Source of the DNA: Candidatus Latescibacterota bacterium
GTDB taxonomy: Bacteria; Latescibacterota; UBA2968; GCA-2709665
Assembly: GCA_965208835.1 (NCBI GenBank)
Contig: OZ242358.1
Location: 5,056,001 to 5,120,000, forward strand
Length of the DNA stretch: 64,000 bases
Reading direction: 5' to 3'
Made by a program: the position numbers and the translations under genes. This document shows positions 10,061 to 17,405 of the stretch, piece after piece. Below the pieces are notes generated by a model that saw nothing but the letters and a program-made list of their open reading frames with translations, was not told the DNA's origin and did no database searches. How positions within the stretch are numbered: position 1 is the stretch's first letter; the number at the start of each line of letters is the position of its first letter.

Positions 10061-10567
10061 GTGGCAAGGCAACCCCTGCAAGTGATCGTGATACCGTTCA
10101 GGGAGCGTGAGCGTGTTGGACGCGAATTTGCCGTGTTCCATCGGTCGGATGACTCAATGTGGCAGTTCATTGCAGGCGGTGCCGAAGACGATGAGACGGC
10201 AGAGCAAACCGCGCGGCGTGAGGCGGAAGAGGAGGGAGGCATTCCACAGGGGGCACGTTTCTTCAGGCTGGATTCTCGTGCATCCGTTCCCAAGACGGCA
10301 TTCTCACCAACAGAACACTGGCCCAGGGACATCCTTGTCGTGCCGGAATACTCGTTTGCGGTTGATGTAAGCGGTCAGGAACTTGATTTGTCCCATGAAC
10401 ATGACAAGGTGAGCTGGTTGTCTTTTGAGGAAGCCACAAGGCTGCTCACGTGGGAAAGCAACCGAGTCGCACTCTGGGAACTTAACGAACGTCTGAATAC
10501 CGGCCGGATTGACGAGCTTCCGGTTATCGACGACGTGTCGCGTCAACCTGGCCACGGCAACGAGTAA
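10061..10567 (+). CDS. NUDIX hydrolase (dATP/dihydroneopterin pyrophosphohydrolase-like)
   Basis: Nudix box 'GGAEDDETAEQTARREAEEEGG'; GTG start downstream of GAGGAG; stop TAA within the next R''. Confidence 0.85.
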   Translation: MARQPLQVIVIPFRERERVGREFAVFHRSDDSMWQFIAGGAEDDETAEQTARREAEEEGGIPQGARFFRLDSRASVPKTAFSPTEHWPRDILVVPEYSFAVDVSGQELDLSHEHDKVSWLSFEEATRLLTWESNRVALWELNERLNTGRIDELPVIDDVSRQPGHGNE

Positions 10568-10645
10568 CACGACCGTGTTTGGCTCAGACCATTCGGCCCT
10601 TCGCGCTATTGGCTTAGGTAGTTCGCGCACGGCGGGAACGTCTGC
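10562..10645 (+). other. attC-like site (degenerate R')
   Basis: GAGTAAC-ACGACCGTG ... CACGGCGGGAACGTC has the attC1 frame; shares CCATTCGGCCCTTCGCGC with attC3. Confidence 0.65.
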
Positions 10646-10685
10646 AGCACGGCAGCCGAGGGATGATGAGGGAATCGGAGAGCTG

Positions 10686-11594
10686 ATGCACTCCGGAGTG
10701 AGCGGAGATCTGCGGCATCATGTCTTGGTTCCTGCCGAAGGAAAAAGAAAAGTGATACGAATACAGCCCACCAAAACGCGATTCGTCGATATTCATCACC
10801 TGGACTGGGACCTGAAGTGGTCCATCCAGTTTCCGGAAGTCATCACGTCCATGAATGGCGTGACGATGATGTGGCAGAAGATCTGTCCTCAATGGACCAG
10901 GACCGGAGATAACGCGTGGGTCTACGAATGGCAAACAACTCCCGAGTACATCGAGGAGCAGTTGGCATACCATCAAACGGATCCCTCAGGGAAGGTGATT
11001 CGACACAACTTCATAACAGGCCTTGCTCTCAGAGCAGCGTTGTCCGGGCTCGAGGACAGCGTCGAATTGACGTTGACCCTCACGAATCAGTCATCCGCGA
11101 AATTCTATGACGTCGCTTCCGATGGTGGATGTCTCCAGGCAAAGTCATCCGATTTCATCGATCAGGATGAAGTCAGACGATCGTACATCGTGGTCAACGG
11201 CAAGCCGGAGAACATGGGCGATCTTCACAGAACGGTGGATATTCGGACCGCATATCATGCGGATCTCAAGGACTATGAAAAAGAGTGGGTAAACAGGACC
11301 GCGTGGTTCTGGGGAAGAAGCAACACGGCCATAGATCAACCGGCCATCCTGGGCGCCGTTTCTCACGACAGGTCCAGGGCAGTGGCGTTGGGATATGAGT
11401 GCGCAACTTCGGCGCTTCAGAACGCTGACGGCCATCATTGCATGCATAGCAGACCCCATTTTGGCGATGTCGAACCGGGGCAGTCCGTAACTCGCAAGGG
11501 CTGCATCCTGTTCGGCGGCGACTTTCCCGCGCTGGCAAAGCGACTTGGCGGGCTACTCAACAGACCGGAGACCTCCGCCTCGGTTCAGCGTTAG
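10686..11594 (+). CDS. Hypothetical protein
   Basis: Long ORF; ATG at 10686 after GGAG; no family recognised. Confidence 0.6.
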   Translation: MHSGVSGDLRHHVLVPAEGKRKVIRIQPTKTRFVDIHHLDWDLKWSIQFPEVITSMNGVTMMWQKICPQWTRTGDNAWVYEWQTTPEYIEEQLAYHQTDPSGKVIRHNFITGLALRAALSGLEDSVELTLTLTNQSSAKFYDVASDGGCLQAKSSDFIDQDEVRRSYIVVNGKPENMGDLHRTVDIRTAYHADLKDYEKEWVNRTAWFWGRSNTAIDQPAILGAVSHDRSRAVALGYECATSALQNADGHHCMHSRPHFGDVEPGQSVTRKGCILFGGDFPALAKRLGGLLNRPETSASVQR

Positions 11595-11876
11595 GGCGCG
11601 TCCAGGTCTGAACACATTTTCGGCCCTGAATTCGCCAACGCTCTTGCCAGCGTGTTTGTCTATAGGTATAATTCCGTATATACCAAGAACCTGCAATCCG
11701 CTCGATTTAAAGCCCTTTTGGGATGGTCGTGTGATTACCATCAAGCCGCTTACTTCCGAATTTACAGATCTGGATGCTGAAGTTCTCGACGGTTGGACTC
11801 TGAATACTTCCATCGAATCTCTTTGTGCTCATTGTTGAGCAGTACGCGATGATTCAGGATTCCCGGAGGGTTGGAG

Positions 11877-12092
11877 ATGAGAAATGAATTCACGGCGGTG
11901 ATCGAACAAGACGACGAATGGATCATTGCCTATTGCCCCGAGATCCCGGGCGCCAATGGACAGGGCAAGACCAGGGATGAAGCCCTTGCGAGCCTGCGGG
12001 ACGCGATATCGCTCATCCTGGAAGATCGTCGGGAGGATGGACTTCGCGCTGTTCCTGCGGAAGCGGAACGTGAAATTGTCGTTATCGAATGA
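11877..12092 (+). CDS. hicB: HicB-family antitoxin
   Basis: 'FTAVIEQDDEWIIAYCPEIPGANGQGKTRDEALASLRDAISLIL'. Confidence 0.85.
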   Translation: MRNEFTAVIEQDDEWIIAYCPEIPGANGQGKTRDEALASLRDAISLILEDRREDGLRAVPAEAEREIVVIE

Positions 12093-12271
12093 AACGCCAG
12101 GCCTTGCTAAGGCACTTGCGTCGTCACGGTTGCCGTCTCAAGCGCGAAGGGCGTTCGCACTCTCTTTGGATAAATCCTGTCACCGGGGCGATTGAGGCGG
12201 TACCGCGGCACAATGAGATTCCAAATGTTCTTGCTCGTAAGATCTGCAGAGAACTTGGAGTAGCCCGTTAA
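12089..12271 (+). CDS. hicA: HicA-family toxin
   Basis: 'LKREGRSHSLW...VPRHNEI...LARKICREL'; ATGA overlap with hicB. Confidence 0.85.
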   Translation: MKRQALLRHLRRHGCRLKREGRSHSLWINPVTGAIEAVPRHNEIPNVLARKICRELGVAR

Positions 12272-12380
12272 GGTCAATAAACGTGCGGTGGTTTTGCGGT
12301 GTCCGCTTCTCGATTGAGGACAATGGTTGGTTTTTGCATGTCTGGCACGAGTGGGGTAAGTTCGAACGGAGGCGTCAAAG

Positions 12381-12617
12381 GTGAGGGGGCATCACGACGT
12401 AAGCGATCTTCATTTTGATGGCGACGAAATGGTCTTGACGATCGACGGCCACGTCAGGAGGTTTAAGATTCGCGATGTATCGTCCATACTCTTGAATGCC
12501 ACATCCAGAGAGAGAAATACATACGAGGTATCACCGTCCGGATACGGCGTTCACTGGCTGATGATCGATGAAGACCTGTCTATCGACGGATTGCCTGGAG
12601 TTAACCTTGATTCGTAA
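12381..12617 (+). CDS. DUF2442 family protein (3' end runs into a MITE)
   Basis: 'LLNATSRER...SPSGYGVHW..IDEDLSIDGL'; last codons lie in the repeat starting at 12601. Confidence 0.7.
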   Translation: MRGHHDVSDLHFDGDEMVLTIDGHVRRFKIRDVSSILLNATSRERNTYEVSPSGYGVHWLMIDEDLSIDGLPGVNLDS

Positions 12618-12799
12618 GTCTTCGGGGACGTTAATTCAGATATGTGCTTGTAAATAAAGGCGATTAAACGGCGGATTACCAGGATACACCAGGTCACTGG
12701 ACGTGAAGGGAAAAAACGTCATTCCATACGTCGATATTGCCCCGTTTCGGAGGGTCTTATCGCGTCGCCGCGTTGCTGTTTTTTTCGGATTGAGGTTAA
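12601..12799. mobile_element. TTAA-flanked MITE-like element, copy 1
   Basis: Ends TTAACCTTGATTCG / CGGATTGAGGTTAA (imperfect inverted repeats); 12600-12703 recurs at 37911-38014. Confidence 0.6.
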
Positions 12800-12888
12800 T
12801 CACGGCAAGAGGGCGGCCAAAATAGCGTAAATTATGCGACACACACCTGGTGATGGGTTATTTTCGATCGCAATTATAAGATTTAGGC

Positions 12889-12917
12889 TTGACAAATGAC
12901 CCGTTGTTTGTTATCTT
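12889..12917 (+). promoter_or_regulatory. sigma70 promoter overlapping the left TIR
   Basis: TTGACA-17 nt-TATCTT. Confidence 0.7.
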
Positions 12918-12953
12918 TAGAGTAGACAAGGACAACAAGCAACGGAGGGTAAA

Positions 12954-13208
12954 ATGAGCAAGACCGACAAACTCACCAGAGAGGCTTTATCTGCTTTTCT
13001 TGTAGCAATCGCCGCAACCGTTCGCGAGCTCGATCAAGTTCAACCTGAAGTCCGGACCACGAAAAATTTCGTCGACCGCCTTGATTATCTTCTGCAGTTG
13101 CATCTGGAAAATGAAGACCTTCTCTCTGAGAGTGACAAAGCAGCTGCTCGAAAGCTGCATGCAATGTTTCTGCGGGCATTGGCCGCTGGATATACGCTCG
13201 ATCAATAG
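12954..13208 (+). CDS. Hypothetical 84-aa passenger protein
   Basis: GGAGGG RBS before the ATG; inside the IS, downstream of the TIR promoter. Confidence 0.6.
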   Translation: MSKTDKLTREALSAFLVAIAATVRELDQVQPEVRTTKNFVDRLDYLLQLHLENEDLLSESDKAAARKLHAMFLRALAAGYTLDQ

Positions 13209-13253
13209 ACCGATCGTTTTTGCTGTCCATAAACCTCTCCTTTGGGGGATAAG

Positions 13254-14138
13254 ATGAGCGTTATCAGTATCATAAACCGGTTTCCAACACAGGAAAGTTG
13301 CATTGAACACCTGGAAAAAGTCCGGTTCGGAGATGAGCCGTATTGCCCGCTGTGCGGTGTTGTCGGGAAATGCAAGCGCAAACAGGAAAAGAACCTGGTT
13401 GGACGCTGGAACTGTCATTCCTGCAAATCATCATTCAACGTCCTTTCGGGCACCGTTTTTCAGGGCACACACGTTCCCCTGCAGAAATGGTTTGTGGCTA
13501 TCGAATTGATGCTCAACGCCAAGAAATCGCTGTCAAGCCCGCAACTGGCGCGCGATGCCGGACTCACGCAACCCACGGCGTTGTTTGTACAGAAGCGCAT
13601 ACGCGCGGAAATGGCCTCCAAGCAGGGCAAGATGCTGTTGCAGGGCATCGTAGAGGCAGACGAAACCTATGTCGGCGGCAAGCCTCGCAAGCGCAACAAA
13701 CGCGATGGCGACAAGCCTTCGAAGCGAGGCCGTGGAACGGACAAGACGCCGGTTATCGGAGCGGTCGAAAGGGACGGTAACGTTGTCGCTCGTGTCGCCG
13801 ACGATCTGACCGGCAAGGGCGTTTTGGCCTTCGTGCAGGATCACGTCACGCCTGAAGGATCGGTCTTGATCACGGACGAATACGGCGGATACAACGCCGT
13901 TCAGGGCTCGTACGAGCATCACGTCATCAATCACGCCCGTGAATATGCCCGTGAGGGCGGAATCCATACCAACACGATTGAAGGCGTCTGGAGTCTGTTG
14001 AAACGCGCCTGGTACGGATCCCATCATCACTACTCCAAGAACTACACGCCGCTGTACGTCGCTGAAGCGGTCTACAAGTACAATGCCCGCAAGGATGAGC
14101 TCCCGTTCTACACTTTCCTAGACGGATGCTTCGCCTAA
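13254..14138 (+). CDS. IS1595-family DDE transposase
   Basis: Zn ribbon CPLC..CHSC; 'VEADETYVGG'; 'ITDEY'; 'HTNTIEGVWSLLKR'. Confidence 0.95.
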   Translation: MSVISIINRFPTQESCIEHLEKVRFGDEPYCPLCGVVGKCKRKQEKNLVGRWNCHSCKSSFNVLSGTVFQGTHVPLQKWFVAIELMLNAKKSLSSPQLARDAGLTQPTALFVQKRIRAEMASKQGKMLLQGIVEADETYVGGKPRKRNKRDGDKPSKRGRGTDKTPVIGAVERDGNVVARVADDLTGKGVLAFVQDHVTPEGSVLITDEYGGYNAVQGSYEHHVINHAREYAREGGIHTNTIEGVWSLLKRAWYGSHHHYSKNYTPLYVAEAVYKYNARKDELPFYTFLDGCFA

Positions 14139-15457
14139 GCGGCAAGCGGTATCTCGACGCGCCTGCCTGCGAAATAGTCCTCCACCGTGTATATCTGCAC
14201 GCACGGCGCGCCCTTGTATTTCCCCGCACTCGCGGCCGTGTCCCGCATCCCCTGAGTTACCCGATCCTCAAAACACGTGAACACGCCTAGGTCGGCGTTG
14301 ACCTGTTGACGTGCGGTATTGAACGCCTGCACGTCTCGCGGCTGCGTATGCCCGCCCTTCACCTGCGAGACAACGTCCAGGAACACGCCCTTGCGGATCG
14401 GGAACCGGCCACGCCCATCGATCCCGCCGTCCCCAGTCTGCTTAACATTCGGCGATACGCCATCCACCAGCGAGGCCGCCCACCGCTCGAACTTGAACGG
14501 CTCGCGCTCGGCAAGGACACGCGCGTCCGGTCCGGTCTTTGGCATCCCGTTGAAATCCACCTGGAAGATGAAGTCCTCAAACCGGTCGCACAACCGCTTT
14601 TCGATGATCTTGCAAGCGTTCACACACACGTCTATCCCGATCCAGTTGCGATTCAAGCGCATCGCAGCTTCAATCGTCGTTCCGCATCCGGCGAAAGGAT
14701 CAAGCACAATATCGCCTGGGTTACTGCTCGCCTTTAGAATCCGCTCAAGCAAGGCAACGGGCTTCTGCGTGGGATAGCCCAGGCGTTCCTTTGCGCTATT
14801 TGTCAAAATTGGGAGTTGCCACCAATCAAAAGGAATCCGCCCCAAGGGGTTCATCTTTGTGTAAATTCTATCGCCAACTACTTTCGGGGTTCGTGACTTA
14901 TGCGGAGACGAATAAGGCTCTCTTACCGCATCGACATTGAATTTCCAACGTCCAGACGCGGAAAAAAAGAGGATAGTGTCATGCTTGCGGGAATAGTGCC
15001 GCTTGCTCGCCCCGCCGGAACCATAGCACCAAATGATTTCGTTCACAAAGTTTCGAGAAAACACCCCATCCATGACAACCTTCAAGTAATGACTCATCGT
15101 CGGATCGCAGTGCAGGTAAATTGACCCCGTGTCCTTCAGGACGCGCCTGCACTCCCGCAGCCTGTTGGCCATGTAGGACAGATACGCCAGGTTCGACCCT
15201 TCGCCCAGGATGAGGCGCAGGCCTTCCATTGTCGGCGCGAGCTCTGAATCCTGGGCAACATCATGGAAATCGTCTACCGCCTCACTCCACCGCCAGGTGT
15301 CGTCAAAGGCTACCCACTGCGCGCCGCCGATGTAGGCGTTGTAGAGGCGTTTTGAGTTGAAGGGCGGATCCAGATAGATCAGGTCAACGCTCTGATCGTC
15401 TATATCTTCCCGCATCACGTCCAGACAATCGCCGAAATACAGCATGTTGTTGCCCAT
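14135..15457 (-). CDS. Beta-class amino (m6A/m4C) DNA methyltransferase fused to an Mrr-like nuclease domain
   Basis: Motif IV 'YLDPPF' before motif I 'DPFAGCGT'; 'YPTQKP'; C-terminal 'FERWA...DGGIDG...SQVKG'. Confidence 0.88.
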   Translation of the reverse strand: MGNNMLYFGDCLDVMREDIDDQSVDLIYLDPPFNSKRLYNAYIGGAQWVAFDDTWRWSEAVDDFHDVAQDSELAPTMEGLRLILGEGSNLAYLSYMANRLRECRRVLKDTGSIYLHCDPTMSHYLKVVMDGVFSRNFVNEIIWCYGSGGASKRHYSRKHDTILFFSASGRWKFNVDAVREPYSSPHKSRTPKVVGDRIYTKMNPLGRIPFDWWQLPILTNSAKERLGYPTQKPVALLERILKASSNPGDIVLDPFAGCGTTIEAAMRLNRNWIGIDVCVNACKIIEKRLCDRFEDFIFQVDFNGMPKTGPDARVLAEREPFKFERWAASLVDGVSPNVKQTGDGGIDGRGRFPIRKGVFLDVVSQVKGGHTQPRDVQAFNTARQQVNADLGVFTCFEDRVTQGMRDTAASAGKYKGAPCVQIYTVEDYFAGRRVEIPLAA

Positions 15458-15579
15458 GTCATCCCCCGTAAATCGAGCAGATTTGCAGTTGTACCGCCGG
15501 ATTCCGTATATAGTTAAGGCGATGACTTCCGCAAATCAAGCACTATTTGCTCTTTTCCCGGGAGACAACTTCCCCGTTG

Positions 15580-15608
15580 ATGATACCCTATTCCGCCTGA
15601 TCCGTCAA
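15580..15608 (-). promoter_or_regulatory. sigma70 promoter overlapping the right TIR, facing the methyltransferase
   Basis: Minus strand TTGACG-17 nt-TATCAT. Confidence 0.6.
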
Positions 15609-15668
15609 GCCTGAATCTTATATTTGCGTTTTCGATTAGAGTGGAGAGGAGCAATTCGAAATAAATCC

Positions 15669-15697
15669 TTGATGTTATGAAATCGGCGTCGTATATT
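15669..15697 (+). promoter_or_regulatory. Putative sigma70 promoter of the B12 operon
   Basis: TTGATG-17 nt-TATATT upstream of the riboswitch. Confidence 0.45.
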
Positions 15698-15799
15698 TCA
15701 TATTCACAGGCTGCACGTCGCCAACGTTGAGAGGGTCGACAATTCGTCACGGCGGTCGTTCCTCAGGAGGACCTTTCAGATTTAAATAACGCAGCAATT

Positions 15800-15965
15800 A
15801 CATAGATATTTCGGATTCAGGTTACAAAACAGGGAAAACGGTGAAAATCCGTTGCGGTCCCGCCGCTGTAACTGGGGATGTTTCCGGCAAAGATGCCACT
15901 GGTCAAGAACCGGGAAGGCGCTGGAAACAGATGATCCAGGAGCCAGAAGACCTGCCTGAATCTTA
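15800..15965 (+). ncRNA. Cobalamin riboswitch
   Basis: AGGGAA..CGGTGAAAATCCG..GCGGTCCCGCCGCTGTAA, GCCACTG..CCGGGAAGGC, B12 box AGCCAGAAGACCTGCC; P1 GATTCAGG/CCTGAATC; upstream of B12 transport genes. Confidence 0.95.
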
Positions 15966-16039
15966 GGCCTAATCGATTTCCTCGTGGATGTGGGAAAAGG
16001 TGACATAAACGCGTGCTTCGGTCGCGTGGTTGGCAATTG

Positions 16040-16074
16040 CCCTGATTTCCGCATGGAAATCGGGGATTTTTTTT
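16040..16074 (+). terminator. Intrinsic terminator (likely riboswitch expression platform)
   Basis: CCCTGATTTCC-GCAT-GGAAATCGGGG followed by a T run. Confidence 0.8.
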
Positions 16075-16277
16075 GAAGCAGTTAGCTATCAGCCGTCAGC
16101 AGTCAGCTTGAAACGAAAGGCGCAATGTCCGCGCCGTGTCAGCATCTGTAAGGGAAACCCTTGTGGGTTGCCCCCGTCGTGGCGCACACATCGCTGATAG
16201 ACGCCGCGGGACCGTATCACGAACCGGTACATGATGTATGCTGATAGCTGTTTTTTCCGATGACCGGAGGATTCCAC

Positions 16278-17402
16278 GTGTTGAATATCAGATCCTGGAC
16301 CCGTCTGTTTTGTTGCATCGGTATCTGCGTGGCGGCGATACCGGTCCATGCGAAGGTGTCACTGAAATATGCCGAGGGTTTTCGCGTTGACTACTTCGAC
16401 GGATTCAAGGTCGTGGCCGTCGTCGTGCCGGGGTCCGAAGCGGGGGAAACGCTTCAATACGTCCTGGTACAACGCGGCAGGAAACCGCCCGATGGCTACG
16501 AAGGCGTCCCCAGGATTCGGATTCCCGTGCGCAAGATGATCACGACATCCACGACGCACCTGCCCCACATCGAAAAGCTGGATGAGATCAACAGCCTCGT
16601 TGCGGTCGACAACATCAAATTTGTCAATTCGAGAGCCGTAAGGAAGCGTTTCGCGGACGGCAAGATATCGGAAGTCGGCAGAGGAAGGTCCATCGACATG
16701 GAGCGGGTCCTCGTGCTCCGGCCCGATATCGTCGTCATCGACGCCCCTTCACAGGACAATGCATACCATTCGCTCCTGCAGGCCGGGGTGGCCGCCGTGG
16801 TGAATGCCGCCTACACCGAACCGACACTGCTCGGGCGCGTGGAGTGGCTCAAATTCGCCGGCGTCTTCTTCAACAAGGAGAGTCTGGCCGCCGCACAGTT
16901 CGACAGTATTGCAGCCAGGTACGACGCGCGCAAATCGTTGACCGCGAACTTACAGCCTGCCAGGAAACCCACCGTGTTCGTCGGATCCCTGTGGCGGGGA
17001 ACCTGGTTTATGTCGGGCGGAAGATCATATCCGGCGCAACTGCTCGAGGACGCGGGCGCGAATTACCTGTGGGGGGACAATGAATCGCGGCGGAGCCTGT
17101 CGCTGGATTTCGAAGCGGTCTACGAAAAGGCGCAAGATGCCGAAATCTGGATCACCATGAGAAACGAATGGCGAGCCATAGGCGACGTTGTGGCGGAAGA
17201 TGAACGATACGGGAAATTCAATGCGGTGGGGACGGGCAGGGTATTCAACGCCAATGCGCGCCTCAATAAACACGGCGGCAACGACTATTGGGAAACCGGA
17301 CTGATCGAACCGGACGTGCTGCTGGCCGATATCATAAAGATCCTTCACCCGGACCTGGCCCCGGATCACCAACTCAAGTACTATCGGAAGCTCGATCCAT
17401 AA
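16278..17402 (+). CDS. btuF: Cobalamin ABC transporter substrate-binding protein
   Basis: Peripla_BP_2-like 'EPTLLGRVEWLKF...FFNKE', 'NDYWETG..EPDVLLAD'; GTG after GGAGG; first gene after the riboswitch. Confidence 0.85.
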   Translation: MLNIRSWTRLFCCIGICVAAIPVHAKVSLKYAEGFRVDYFDGFKVVAVVVPGSEAGETLQYVLVQRGRKPPDGYEGVPRIRIPVRKMITTSTTHLPHIEKLDEINSLVAVDNIKFVNSRAVRKRFADGKISEVGRGRSIDMERVLVLRPDIVVIDAPSQDNAYHSLLQAGVAAVVNAAYTEPTLLGRVEWLKFAGVFFNKESLAAAQFDSIAARYDARKSLTANLQPARKPTVFVGSLWRGTWFMSGGRSYPAQLLEDAGANYLWGDNESRRSLSLDFEAVYEKAQDAEIWITMRNEWRAIGDVVAEDERYGKFNAVGTGRVFNANARLNKHGGNDYWETGLIEPDVLLADIIKILHPDLAPDHQLKYYRKLDP

Positions 17403-17405
17403 CCT

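Larger units (their letters stand above)
12869..15628 (+). mobile_element. Complete IS1595-family element with passenger genes
   Basis: 25-bp TIRs 12869-12893 and 15604-15628 (2 mismatches); 8-bp direct repeat TTTTCGAT at 12861-12868 and 15629-15636; encloses an IS1595 transposase. Confidence 0.92.

Noticed and set aside
15954-15965. 12-bp identity GCCTGAATCTTA between the riboswitch 3' strand and the IS right TIR (15609-15620)
   Set aside because: Short, and explained independently by riboswitch P1 pairing; the IS end is already fixed by the target duplication.
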